From Takakia lepidozioides (taxonomy: Eukaryota > Plantae > Bryophyta): a stretch of 64,000 nucleotides of DNA. How positions within the stretch are numbered: position 1 is the first letter of the stretch; the number at the start of each line of letters is the position of its first letter. This document shows positions 51,935-64,000 of this stretch, in pieces. The stretch is taken from contig CM060732.1 of the NCBI GenBank assembly GCA_030704615.1, positions 67,146,001 through 67,210,000 of the forward strand, written 5' to 3'. Position numbers and translations under genes: made by a program. The notes under the pieces are model-generated. The model ran no database searches. It saw only the letters and a list, made by a program, of their open reading frames with translations, and was not told the DNA's origin.

Positions 51935-54900
51935 ATGGCTTCCTCTGAAGCGGAGTTCTTCTCTGACGACAAACCAGTGCCGTTCTCCCAGGAAGTCCTT
52001 GACAATGGATTTGCAATTGTTCTGGAACATGTCTTGGCTACCCGTTTTCAGCTTCAGAATGGCTCCATCTTTTTGGAGAAAGAGGTGTACGATTTGAAAG
52101 GGAAGTTGTTGAAATACTCTTTCCAAAACCGTGATGAGACGGCTCATATCAGCCAGTGGAGAGTGCGCCCTGGTCGATACAGAGTACTTGGAGAGCCTCG
52201 GCGAAAGTCCCTTGGGTCATATGTGACGCCCGGGACTGCTGCTTCGGTCGTTGAAGACAAGAGGGAGGTGGTGGTGAAAAAAGAACAGACGTCCTCCACT
52301 CCAATCGTTGAGCTTTCGGACGTCCTATGATGACATAAGTGAAATTCCAAATCCAGTCCTTCCTACTGTGGTTGGAGAAGCTGATGAAGAAGAGATTTGT
52401 AGTGTCATTCCAAAATTACGGGCGATGGGAGGAATGGCTGGGTTCAAAAGTGAGTTGCAAGGAATTGATTGGGAATCTTTGAAGCAGGTGCCTGTGAAGT
52501 TCTTGCCAGAGACTTTTGATGGCGATATCCTATTCGAGCTATCTCCTCCTCCGCGAGTTGGAGGTGTAACAATCATGATGCATGGAATGGACAAGAAACA
52601 CGACGGGCACCCGTGGTGCAGAACAAAAACATCCAATATTCAGAATGATGACAAACTTGTTTTCAGGAGAACAGTTTGCAATGGACACCTTAGGTGTGAT
52701 AATTTGAATTGCAGACACTTTCTTCAGTCTGGGGTTCATAATCAAAGCGAATGGGAGGGTCTGGCGGAAAATCCATTTCAGCCTAGGACTGCCCCTCCAC
52801 CGGCAAACACTTTCGTCTGCAAATTCTGCAAACTTGTGCCATCCTGCTTGGCACTCTGCGGAGCAAGAATGTACTATGTTGTCCACCGTTTGAAAACAAT
52901 GACAAGAGCTTGTGTGCATTTCGGATTCCATAACCATCCTGTCTCGAAGGGGGATTACAGGGAGAGTGTTGAGACAATATCGAGGTTGATTAAACAGGAG
53001 TTTGGGAGAAACCCATCCGCAACAACATCTGCAATTGCTCTTGGCGCAAGCAAGTCCTTCTTGGAAAGCCATATTTTGAGTGGAGGGGATTCTTTGGGGA
53101 CTAAACTTGACGGTGCAGCATTGGACCTGGTTATGGATCATTTCTCCACTTTGAGTTCACCTAACATTCGGCATCAGATCAATGCATTAAGAATGGGCTC
53201 TGGTATCAGAGGCTACATAGACAACATTTTGGAGTTGAAACGAGTGAGCAAGTACGATTACATCCAGGACAATGTATTCCCAGGTCAATGTGCCATCAAA
53301 AATTTTCTTTTCAAAATGTCGACTGTTGGGGAGGGCAGTGGGGTTAGCCTCGTGAAGCGGATGCAGAAGACTGGGGACTTGCAGAACTGTTTTCTTATGT
53401 TTGATCATGTGAAACAAGTGAAGGATTGGACGACAATGGCTTGTCATGTCTACGATCCAATGTACCAACGAGTTATGACAATTGCAGTTTGTGACATGCA
53501 ATCCGAGGATACGGAATCCCAGAAGCTCATGTGGAATTCCCTGATACGTGTCATGGGCTGCCATCTCCAAATTTCGCAGGTTTCATGGCGGATAGTGCTC
53601 AAGCAAATTTCAATGTTGTTCGTATTGTCTTCGGATCGGGCGACCCAAAAGTGCCAATGCGAGGAAGAGAGCGTACATGTCTATTCCATTGGATACAATC
53701 TCTGGAAAAACATACAAAGTCGGACATCAAACCAGAGATGCAGACTCAGCACCGTAAATTGTGCAAATAGTACAAAGATGCTAGAACAATGAAGGAGGCG
53801 GACACTTTGTTCCAGACAATTCGTGCTTGGTGGTTCTCTTCTGGAGCTGCATCACTTGAGAGTATGAGAGCATTGGAAGATTGGCTGGCGTTTTGGCACT
53901 TCTGGTATAGACAGTGGGAAGCAGCCATGGTAGTGGTACGAGGCTTATATTTCTTGTTTTATTCATACATTTACTTTCCATTTTATTGTGTCCTCGCTTT
54001 CTTTATGTTGTTTTCTGTTCACTGTTTTGAAGTGTGGTTCTGCACTTTGCAGAACATGTCCATTGAGGAAATGGCGGACATGTCATCTTGCAATTTGGCA
54101 AAAATTGTGCACAACGCATGGTTGCAGCAGTCTGGGAAACGAGGTCGGGATTTGTATGTGGCAGCAACAGATGATTTGATACGTGTCTTGCAACAACAAA
54201 CCCGATACCGTGATTTCTTACGAGGTGGGGTTGGTGGTAAGGGTTCGGACAAATGGGAGTTGATGTTGCGTGCTGCAAACAGATCTGGGAATCCAATGAA
54301 GATAGCACGGGCAGTGAGCATGTATGCCTAGGGAACGCCACTTGTTTCTAGAGTTCCACATCTTGAAGGGGAGGAGAGATTCGGCTCCTGTAAGAGGAAA
54401 TTGAACACTCCACCTGGTTCGGATTCCGATTCCCACAGGGCAGACCGTGATAACTTCTCGAAGCCTCGTGTTCCCCTACATGACAGCTCCATGTCCGGAA
54501 CCTCCATTGTGGAGGAACCTCCAACACGACGGCAAGCTCCAGCATCAAACAGTGCCACTGAAATGGTGCAAGAGAGAAACAACCCCCTTGATGTGCTTGA
54601 GTCCGCATGCCCCGACCACGTTTGGCACATAGAACGCACAAGTGTAGGGTCTCGTGTGAAATGTACAGCGATCAGGGCAACTAATTTCGAGAAGTGCACT
54701 TCATCTATATCCAGAGGTGGTGCCCGAACTCCTGCTCCAACTTTCACGGGTTTGATGCGTCCATACGGTCAACCAGAAGCCAAGAACCACAAGTTTTGGT
54801 TCTGCGCAGATGATTGTGTCAGATGTGTGCATGGAACTATGCGTCCTTCCGTAGTGATGAAGCCATCTCCTCCAACCGTTTGGCCCGTGAAGGTGGGAAC

Positions 54901-55438
54901 ACATCTCAGCTTTCAGGAGATTGAAATGCTGGAGGAGGCAGGTTTTTCCGTTGCGAGACAACCCCAACTCCATACATGTGTTACTACTTCTGCATCCTCC
55001 CGGGTCCCCCCGGCAAATCGTGACTTGTGGCCAACCAAACGAGATGGAAAGCTCGTTCGGCGTTTCCCTCCAACCGCTGAACACTTTGGCAAAGTGGAGT
55101 CCGCAAGAATGCTCCAAGCTCGTGTTGGAAGCACCACGGAAGTACCCCATCCAGGATATGGTCGGGTATTCACAATCATCACTTCCACATCTACTGTTCA
55201 TGACAGGACCTACGACATCACGGTTTCCAATTTCCCCAATTGCACATGTCCTGATTTTGTGAATATGCTATCAACCAGTTTGGGCAAGAGAGGTAAATTC
55301 ATACCCTGCAAACATTTGTATTTCATATTTTTGAAGAGGATGGTTTGCGATCCCAAACGTGACAACTTCATTCACCAGGCCACTATGAGTTTCAATGAGG
55401 TCGATACTCTATTGCAGCGGGATACAACACATGGGTAG
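51935..55438 (+). pseudogene. MULE-type transposase with N-terminal Cys/His (GCM/WRKY-like) region and C-terminal SWIM finger; disrupted
   Basis: C...C...HNHP, FDHVK, FMADSAQANF...CLFH, CNLAK(E)IVH and CTCPDF...CKHL. Frameshifts near 52325 and 53560, stops at 53768 and 54329, intron 53936-54052. Confidence 0.85.
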
Positions 55439-56179
55439 CATCAATTATGCAATGTGGTATGTGGACGACCATGATTTGAAATGTGTAATTCACATCAATT
55501 CGTCGGCGGTGCAATGATATGGCCTCCAACTATACGGAGTGAGCTCTGAGTGACAACTTTTAAAAGCACATTTGTCATTGCACCGTTCGAAGTCTACATG
55601 TCTTGCTGTCGCTATGCACTACAATCATCTTTTGAAGATGATCCTAACTCTCATTGTTATTTGAGGAGGGAGGAAGGTCTTCCCGTGGCAGCCTTTATGG
55701 CGCACACTTTGTGAGGATATTTTCTCGTCCTCGTAATTGTAAAAGTGAAACAAGCATTTGTAATTGCACAATGTTGGAAGCTACAATTGTAGGCCTCATG
55801 GTAGTCTTGATTCTATTTAGGCAAGATTCCCTGCATTAATTCCACGGTCATAGGACCATCCTCGGTTATAGGCGGCGCATGTTAATGCTGACGTGGCAGA
55901 TGACGGACAGTGCCACGTCATCATTTGCTGCCACATCAGCATGCTGACATGACGCTCACGCCACGTCAGCGTGGGTGCAGGCTCACGCCACGTCAGCTGG
56001 CATGAGCGTACGCTCACGCCACGTCACTCCTGCGTGAGCATACGCTCGCGCGCTCACGCACAACGCTCACGCCATTGCGTCGTTGGTATGTGGGGCTCTG
56101 CAGCCTCTTATTCGTTGCAGACCGTAACGGACGCCATGGAACGATTATATTTTGCCCCTAAAATTCTTCACTGTCAGAT

Positions 56180-57212
56180 TATTGAAAATAAACGCACAAC
56201 CCTCTAGCATCTAAACACTCATAAGCATCTGAAACAAAGGAAAGCAAATACACAAAAATGGGCTGCTGAAGAAGTTTTACATAATTGCACAACTATGCAG
56301 AGCTTTCTGACAGATCTTAACTACAAAGAGACGAGCTAGCTACAGTCTATGGAGAATTAAGATCTAAGAATTGCAGGGAAAAGCAAGCTACTAAGATGCA
56401 CACTTGACAGTGCTGCCAACTACATATTCTACGCTAACAGAATGCAGATCGAGTTCTGCTATCCCAGTGTCGAGCTGAGTCGAATCTTGCCAATGAAACG
56501 CTATGTACCGGCTGAGCACTCCAAGAAGGACCTGAAACCCTAATTAGTTATTTATGTTGTGAGATGAATCATGAATTACAACACTCCCACTCATTGAAAC
56601 AATAGATTAGGTTGAAGGTAGAAGAATGACTCCCATCAAGCTTTTAAAGCGCTGAAATTTTTCTACCGGAAGTGTCTTTATGAAGATGTCAGCAAGCTGA
56701 TTGTTTGTTCCATTCCCACAAACTTGATGTCAATCTCTCTCTCCTCCTGCTTCTCGCGGATGAAATGAAACTGAACATCGATATGCTTAGTCTGCTTGTG
56801 GAACTCCAGATTATGTACAAGCCTTATGCAGCTCTGATTGTCGCTGAAAAGCGCTATAGCGAGCTGTCCAAAGCCTATACTCTTGAGTAACCGCCGCAAC
56901 CAACCTGCCTCCTTAGTTGCAACATACCTTGCTTGGCTGATGTAGGTAGTGCGCACAGATCTATCTATGGTGATCTGCAACCCTACATAGCAGCCCACTG
57001 GCCTTGCCTTCACCTCGAACTCCCTGTGTGGGCCCTGCCTTCACCTCAAACTCCCTATTCAGGTAGTCAATCATCTGATCCAGAGCTGACTGCTTGGTGC
57101 TGTAAGCTATTCTGTCGTCCACAAAGATTGCTAACAGCGTCATGAGTCCCTCTTTGTTGTAGTAGACACATGGATCTGCCACGCTGGGCTTCAGTCACCC
57201 TTTCTACAGGAA
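56180..57212 (-). mobile_element. Ty1/copia 3' fragment: RT/RNase H remnants, PPT and 3' LTR (56580-56180)
   Basis: ADPCVY..AIFVDD, SDNQS, TKHIDVQFHFIRE, PPT GAGTGGGAG, and an LTR homologous to 29167-29465. Confidence 0.88.
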
Positions 57213-58977
57213 GACTGTTGGAAGCCCTGCTGCAGAAAATCTTGCTACTCATCTAGCTACGATTCACAAGGAGCTTACATCCCACCTTGCAGAAGCTCAA
57301 AAACAATACAAGGAGTATGCAGATCAACGTCGCCAACTCCAACCCCAGTTCAAGGTCGGAGATCGTGTGTGGCTTCTTCGACGAGACATACAAACCTCGT
57401 GACCATCAAGGAAGTTGGATTATCAATGCCTGAGACCATTCAAAATTATTCGACAAATAAATCCGGTCAGTTTTCGGCTTGAACTCCCACGAAGTATGCG
57501 CATCCATCTAGTCTTTCATGTTTCATTATTGGAGTTGTATCATCCATCGAATATTCCAGGGAGAGTCTCCGTACCACCTCCACCAGTCGAAGTTAATTAA
57601 GAACTTGAGTATGAAGTCGACGAAGTCCTAGACTCTCGCATCAAGTATAAACGTCTTAAGTATTTCGTACATAGGAAAGACTACTACATCAGCGAACGAA
57701 CGTGGGAACCTTCATCCAACCTCGCCAATGCATCTGACAAAGTCCAAGAGTTTCATCAACGATATCCAGCTAAGCCCCGAGCTACACGTCAATAAGACGT
57801 CACAACGATGATGTCAGTCAAGTTAGCTTCAAGGTGAAGACTCCACATTCAATGTACCTGATACACGCTAAGGAGGGAGGAGCACCACACATCAGTATAT
57901 ATAGCTACACTTCCAGCATTCTTGCATCTTGTATTGGCAGTATGGAGTCACATGAACCAGATACATTGGAGTTGTCGCTTACCCAGCTACCAGATCAGCC
58001 ATTCCGACTCTCACGACCTTCAACATCATGCCGACGCTTTCGAGACGATGGGCCACCAATGCGACGCGTACTTCCTCGTCTGAACCCCGTACGACGGCAA
58101 GTGGAGCCTACTCGAAGTCTGATAATTCTGTTGGAGGTTGAGGCTTCGGACCCAGAAGGCAACGAAATCATGTTTGAAGGCAGATTCGAAAATCAGAATG
58201 CTCAAATCACTGCGTGGTCTTAAGTTCAAGGTGTTGGACACTATCGATGGTTGCAGGGACCTATAAATCATTTGAGTCAAGAACGAAGAGCCGAATACTT
58301 GGCAAATACCATTCGCCGGATTTTGGATTTTCTCCAACTCTAAGCAAGTCCAAGATTTTACTGCTCCTCGAGGAACTCGGCACTAGAGGAGGGGGTGATG
58401 TCACGGACATAGCCCAGAAGAACTTATCAGGAGTAAATACCAGAAGTTATCAAGTTACCATGATTTATCGTAATTTATCATTATCTATCATGATTTACCA
58501 TTACTTACCAAGTTATCGGGAGTTTATCAAATTACCAAGAGTAACTTGGGAAACTACTCAGGAAACTTCCTTTGGAGGAAACTTCTCCATCAAGATACCT
58601 TTGTTTAATCTTGGAAACTTCTCCAGCAAGAAACCTCCATAGCGGAAGTTTCTTGGGGAAGCTTCTTAATAGCCAGTATATATAGGAGGCGAGACTGGAC
58701 ACTCTTCAGTCTTGCCAACACCAGTTCAAGCTACTCTTGTTTCCAGTTCCCAGTACCCTAGCCCAGTTTCCAGTATTTGGTACTCCAGTCCAGTTTCCAG
58801 CATTCTAGTATTCAAGTCGTGTTCCAATATCTTGTACTCTTGATCATTGTTATAAAGATCGTCTTGATTCCTATTTACTCATCGTGCATTCGGCCATGCC
58901 GACCTTGACTTCTTGTCTAGCCTTGTATCTCTAGTCTCATCTCTTGTTTGTGTTCAGTCATGTTCTCGTCCTTGACA
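57213..58977 (+). mobile_element. Chromovirus 3' part: integrase C-terminus, chromodomain, PPT and 3' LTR (58399-58977)
   Basis: FKVGDRVWL, RPFKI, FHVSLL, EYEVDEVLDSR...TWEP..NL, and PPT AGAGGAGGGGG before TGTCACGG. Confidence 0.92.
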
Positions 58978-61900
58978 ATGGGGATAGGTTTTCCCCTTGT
59001 GAGGATGGAGGAGGCTCATCTTCTTGTAGTTGAGCCTCCATGAGCCTCTCCCACCTCCATAGCTCTAGGTATTGAGAGGGAGTGTGGTGAGGGCTTTGTA
59101 GGGTGGATTCCTTTAGCAAAGGTGCCCTTGGCTTGACTTAGTTTATGTGATTGAGTGGATTCATGAGTGGAGTGTTTCCATTGTGTGTTCACTTCCATTA
59201 TCACTACAAGAAGATCATCTTATGCTTGTGAGTGCGGAGTGTAAGGATTAGTTTTAGCACTTGTGTTGGTGTACACCAAGGAGTGAGAGAGCTAGAAAAG
59301 CTCAAGTATCTCACAAGGCTTGCAATGTGTTGCAAGGAGGAGTGTTTTTGCATTGCATCAAAGAGGTGGAGAGCTCAAGGAGAGAGCTCTTGAGTTACAA
59401 GACTTTGCAGAGGTGGAGAGCTTAAGGAGAGAGCTCTCGTATCACAAAGCTTGCATGGTTTTGCAAGGTAAGTGCTTGTATGTGCACTAAGGGTTTGAGA
59501 GCTTGGAAAAGTGCTCTTACATCATAAGAGAAGTGTCTTGTGTGTGGAGAAGATAGACACTAGGGTTTCAAGAGCAAGCTCTAGTTGTTCATGGTGTGAA
59601 AGAGAAGCCAAAGAGCGGCACATACTTGGGTTGGAAACACCATAGAAGGAGTACAACAAAGGTAGCTTGAAGAGCATTGAGTAGCTCAAGAGAAGCTAAG
59701 AAGTGGTTGTTCTGTCCATAGTGAAAGAAGCCAAGTGGGGTTTCATTTGGTTGACAAACAAGCAAGCTAAGGCGGCGCTAGAAGGTAGTGCTTTTGCTAG
59801 TTCTATGAGTTCTTGGATTGCTCTTGGTGAAGCAAGTGATTGACCAAGCAAGTGGCGCATGTGTGGAGCATGCTTTCCAAGTGTGGCTTCCAATTCAAGC
59901 TTGAGGAGAGCTAGAAGGTGAAGTGAGCAAGTTCATTCCTTGTGTATGAGGTGGTGCATGTTGTGGAAGAAAAGCCAAGGAGCTACATAGGCTAGGGCTT
60001 GAAGACAACAAAAGCAACCACTTGGAGAGCATCAAGAAGCTCAAGATGACTCCAAAGTGAAGCATATGGGTGAGAATTCTATCCATGATGATGTGAAACC
60101 AAGCCTAGAGTATTGAAGAACTTGGAGCACGTGTGGGAGATCATTGGAGGTGGTCTTTATGAAGAAAGGAAATTGTGGCTCATGGCATGCATAGCAACTT
60201 CAACCATACATTAGCATGTGACAAGACAAGGAAGGGGAAGGTGAAGCTCATGTATTCATTCATTTTTTGCTTAAGTTTTGTGGTGGATAGTTGATCAAGC
60301 AAGTGATGCTTATGTGGAGCATGCTCTTTAGGGCTTGTGACTTCAAGTTTGAGAAGATGAGCTCTTGAATAGAGGTGTGGATACACATTATGATGAATGA
60401 AGACAACACCTAGGTCAAGAGGTGGAAGTATGTGTGATTAGCCCATGCAAGGGAAAGCACATGGAAGATGGCATACAAAATTCAAATTCAAGCAAGGCTT
60501 GGCGCTTGTCATTGGGCACATTACCTTGCTATGAGTTCCAAGGGGATCAAGAGGAACTTGTCAATTTGGGATGAATGCATTGCAAAGTAAGATAATGCAA
60601 TCTTGCATGCATGTTAGGGGGGAAGATACCATGAAGAAGGTGTTTCTTACTATACTTTACAAACCCTAGTCTCCATACTCTTCAAGAAACTAAGTATGGG
60701 CTCCCTCTGCCCCACCATACACTTTTGTGAACAGTGTATGGAACCCCTCTGCCCACATACTCTTTTGTGAACAGTGTATGGGCCCCCTCTGCCCATCATA
60801 CGTTGTTTTGAACAGTGTATGGGCTCCCTCTGCCCCCACCATACACTTTTTTGAACATTGTATGGATACAAGTGGAGAGACTTTGCCTGCCATACGTTTT
60901 CATTAAAAGTGTATGATATCTAGGGTGTATCTAGAGGAGTATTGCCTTTGGAGGATCTTTGGGGGGTCCTTTGAGGAGCTTTTGTAAGACACTTGAAGAG
61001 CTCTTGAAGGGGTGTTTGAAGGATTGTTTGGAGGACTATTGGGGGTCCTTGAAGACCAATATTTGGCAAACATTTGGAGCCTTTGGAGGGTTATTTAGAG
61101 GACTATTTTGGGGTCCTTAGAGGCTAATATTTGGCGGGCTTAAGGAGTCTTTGGCAACTTGTCTAAAGGACTTTTTGGGTCCTTGAGGGCCAAGAATTGG
61201 CAGGCTTTGGGGGCCTTAGTGAGATTGTTTGAGAGACATCTTGAGGGCCCTTGGAGAGTTATTTGAGAGATCCTGGAAGGTAGTTATGTCTGTTGGTCAT
61301 GAGCAAGAGCGTTTAGAGATAGGGGGAGACTAGTGGGATGAGAGCATTATGGGATTAGGAATTGCCTTAGTCTCTCTTCCTCGTAGTCTTCCACCCTCTA
61401 TGTAGGCCAAAACCTTTCCGTAGGTGGAGGCAAGAGTCAGTCCGGGTTTGGGCTGGGGTGTCCTTGCAGAAGCGACACTGTGGAGTGTTTTTTTTTTTTT
61501 GTGGGGGAGTTACTGTCTTGATTTTCTTGTGTTTGGATCCCCCCCACACCTGCATGCTTGACTGTGCGCCATGTCAGTTTTGTGTGGGCGTTTGTTTTCA
61601 TAGGAGGTTGGTCCGGATTTGATCACCGGCCAATCCTAGAGCATGCTGTCGGTGGTGAGGCTGGGGTGATGACCAGTCAGACCATCATTGTTTTTCTTAT
61701 GGTGAGGTTGGGTTGATGACCAGCAAACCATATGAATGCTTGTGGTGGATGCAGGTGCACGTTTATGTTACGAACCTAGTAGTCTAAGCCATAAGCTGCA
61801 ACAGGTTCTCTACCCGGTTACCTTGTGGAAAGGGGGATTAGAGACAGGTTTACAACAGGTGTGGTTGTGAGTTTTCATCACGGAGGTGCCACCAATTGCT

Positions 61901-64000
61901 GAGGAGAGTGCCGGTACAAGCACCAGCAATACTAGTGGGTATACAAGACGAGGTGTGCGGTTTAGGCTACCTTCACCTTCAGTGTCTTCTGAGGAAGGTT
62001 CAAACTCAGAGTTAGGAGGATTCTCGCTGAGGGTGCAAACCATTTTCGTGCCATTGTTGTGAGATACGATGGAGGAAATGTATGGAGCTACCAAGGGGCC
62101 ACGTCGGTACTCTAGAGCTGTGGGCACCATCGAGTTTGATGATTTCATACAAAAGTCTGATAGTTGGTGTGATTTGCAGCAGATGCGCAATCCACAACTG
62201 TTTACGCCTTTTATGGCATGGAAGGGGTTGTTTCAGCACCTTGAGGGGCCGCCCATGGATGACTACCATGAGTTTAGGCGGGGACACGAGGTGGAGATTG
62301 GGGATTGGTGGGTGTATTGGTCACCTGACTATGTCTCCATCACTAGAGGTACAAGGGCAGTGGTGACACCGGTAGCTACACCGGCAGCTTCTGTAAGCGG
62401 CAGTTTAGGACGTCAAGTGGAACAGGAGCTAGAAGTCCACCCAAGCTCTTGCTATAGTACCAACACCCGTGCCTGCCTTTAACCCAGTTGTGGAGTTCTT
62501 CGAGGAGTTAAGGAGAAACTACCAGGGGATAAGGACGGAGAAATTGCGGAGTTTGTAAGAGTTCCAACGAAAGCCTGCCGAGAGTTTGAGGGAGGCTTAT
62601 ACTCGCATGAGGCACTTGATAAACATAACCCAAGGGGTTACAGAAGCTCAGGCAGTCCAGTTCTGGTATGGGATCCTGGACAAGGAGCTGAGAAGAAGGG
62701 TGCCGGATGCAACTCTCCTACAAGTGGACCAACCCACCTTAGCAAATGTATTTTTGCTGGTAGAGCGGATAAAACTCAATATGGTGGAGGAGCAAGTGGT
62801 CATGGTGGGGTTTGGTAAGGAGACACAACGAAGTGGGGCTCCTGGCCAACAACAACCACTACCCCAACGTGCTCAAGGCAACAAGGGGGCTCAGGCGAAG
62901 CCCAGGGAAGGGCCGAGAGGATCTCAATTGCAGAGGTCACTTCCTTCATTCTCAGGCCAACAACAGTCGGGTGTGACATGTTGGGATTGTGGAGGACCCT
63001 AACGGCCATGGCAGCAAGACGTTGCTCTAGCTGGGCAAGTCTATCCACCATGCCTTGGTCATGACCTTGACCTTGACCCTGTGCTCCTTGGTTTTGGTTA
63101 CGTCTTCCACCCCGACCTCTGCCTCATCTACCTCTCTGGACTACATTGCCTCGTCCTCGGCCACCATTGTTCCCTTGGAACTGGCCTAGCCGTAGCTCAG
63201 GATGCAAGTCATAACAATGGCCCTCTTCATGCCCATACTTGCCACAATGCCCACATTGTAGTTGTGTAGGCTCTGCTTGTGCCGGCCCTTTGCCTCTTTC
63301 CGGGCAATCTCTCTTAACATGTGGGCTTCATGTGTGGAGCCGCATTTTGCAGGACCATTGCATGTGGACTCTGCAGCTGTTGTCACTCGAGCAGCAACGC
63401 GTGCTCCTGAGCCAAGAGGAGCGGATGTGGATTTTGATCCACAAAGAGGGGAAGCAAGTCGGCAGACAAGGCTTCCACAGTCTTTCACATTGGGCTGAGA
63501 CAGTGCCAACTATGCCATCGATGGCACTCGCTCGCCCAAGTGTGTCAGAAGTAGAGCCATAAGTGTCACTGGGGAGAGTTGGTATGATTCGAGAAATGCT
63601 AGTGGGTGGTACTGCAAAGCAAGGTGCATCCAGTACATTGTTGGGGGCGGCTACGGAAATTTGCCAAGCTCCATTGTTTTCTGCCACGACAATTGCAATG
63701 CCGGGGATGCGGTCAACTGCGGTGTTTAGACTGGCAGCTACACTCTGTGAGAGTGGTGATGCATCGGCACTATCTACGGGGATAGCGGATCAGGTGCAGT
63801 GCATGGATTCCTTGGATTCAAGGGTGAAAACAGCCACAGCTGCGCCATGGCAAGCGGCAGCTGCAAGGTTGCAAGAGTTGCCAGCTAGACCAGCCATTGA
63901 GCGTAGTATGGTGACTCCTGGGGTAGTCCTGGTGGACAATAAGGATGGTGTGTTTCAGTTGGGTGGCCCAACCGGGAGGAGGTATAGGCCACTGCGGGTC
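58978..64000 (+). mobile_element. Second LTR-retrotransposon family: 5'-truncated LTR, leader and degenerate gag, running off the window
   Basis: Homologous to 15482-18128. Gag-like ORFs 62069-63000 ending TCWDCGGP, and a second knuckle CGHCGKYGHEEGHC in an inverted segment. Confidence 0.8.
60694..60865. repeat. ~40-bp tandem repeat AACAGTGTATGGGC.CCCTCTGCCC in the LTR
   Basis: About four imperfect copies. Confidence 0.8.

Larger units (their letters stand above)
44572..56085. mobile_element. Mutator-like DNA transposon (11.5 kb) with transposase and ParB-methyltransferase cargo gene
   Basis: Perfect 9-bp TSD GTATGTGGG (44563-44571 and 56086-56094). Imperfect TIRs built from GGCGTGAGC / CGCTCACGCCACGTCA motifs. 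Two divergent genes inside. Confidence 0.92.

Noticed and set aside
13027-58977. One giant chromovirus spanning both LTRs
   Set aside because: Flanks GAGAG and ATGGG are not a TSD, the LTRs differ by several indels, and the right flank is another element's LTR.

Overview
Eukaryotic, intron-containing land-plant nuclear DNA. A non-seed plant such as a bryophyte is likely; this is inferred from PLS-type PPR fragments and Tcn1/sushi-like chromoviruses. There are three apparently intact host genes: a TVP38/TMEM64-family membrane protein, an intronless MATE transporter and a class-3 lipase. A frameshifted CYP72-clan P450 is also present, and all sit among nested transposons. The two most unusual items are: (1) an 11.5-kb Mutator-like element (44572-56085, perfect 9-bp TSD GTATGTGGG) carrying a transposase plus a divergently transcribed multi-exon gene fusing a ParB/Srx-like domain to a prokaryote-type beta-class N6A/N4C DNA methyltransferase domain, with arrays of 22-bp palindromes in its introns; (2) a 7-kb Pack-CACTA element (19765-26790, TSD ATA), inserted in a copia integrase, that carries six spliceosomal exons of a bacterial-type DNA polymerase III alpha subunit (dnaE), plus PPR and kinase fragments. 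Also present: a chromovirus with an 11-nt self-priming PBS and a -1 frameshift signal, a copia with a half-tRNA-type PBS, a second gypsy-like family with a micro-inversion splitting its Gag zinc knuckles, several MITEs and a possible env-like remnant. All family assignments are from motif recognition by eye; no searches were run.
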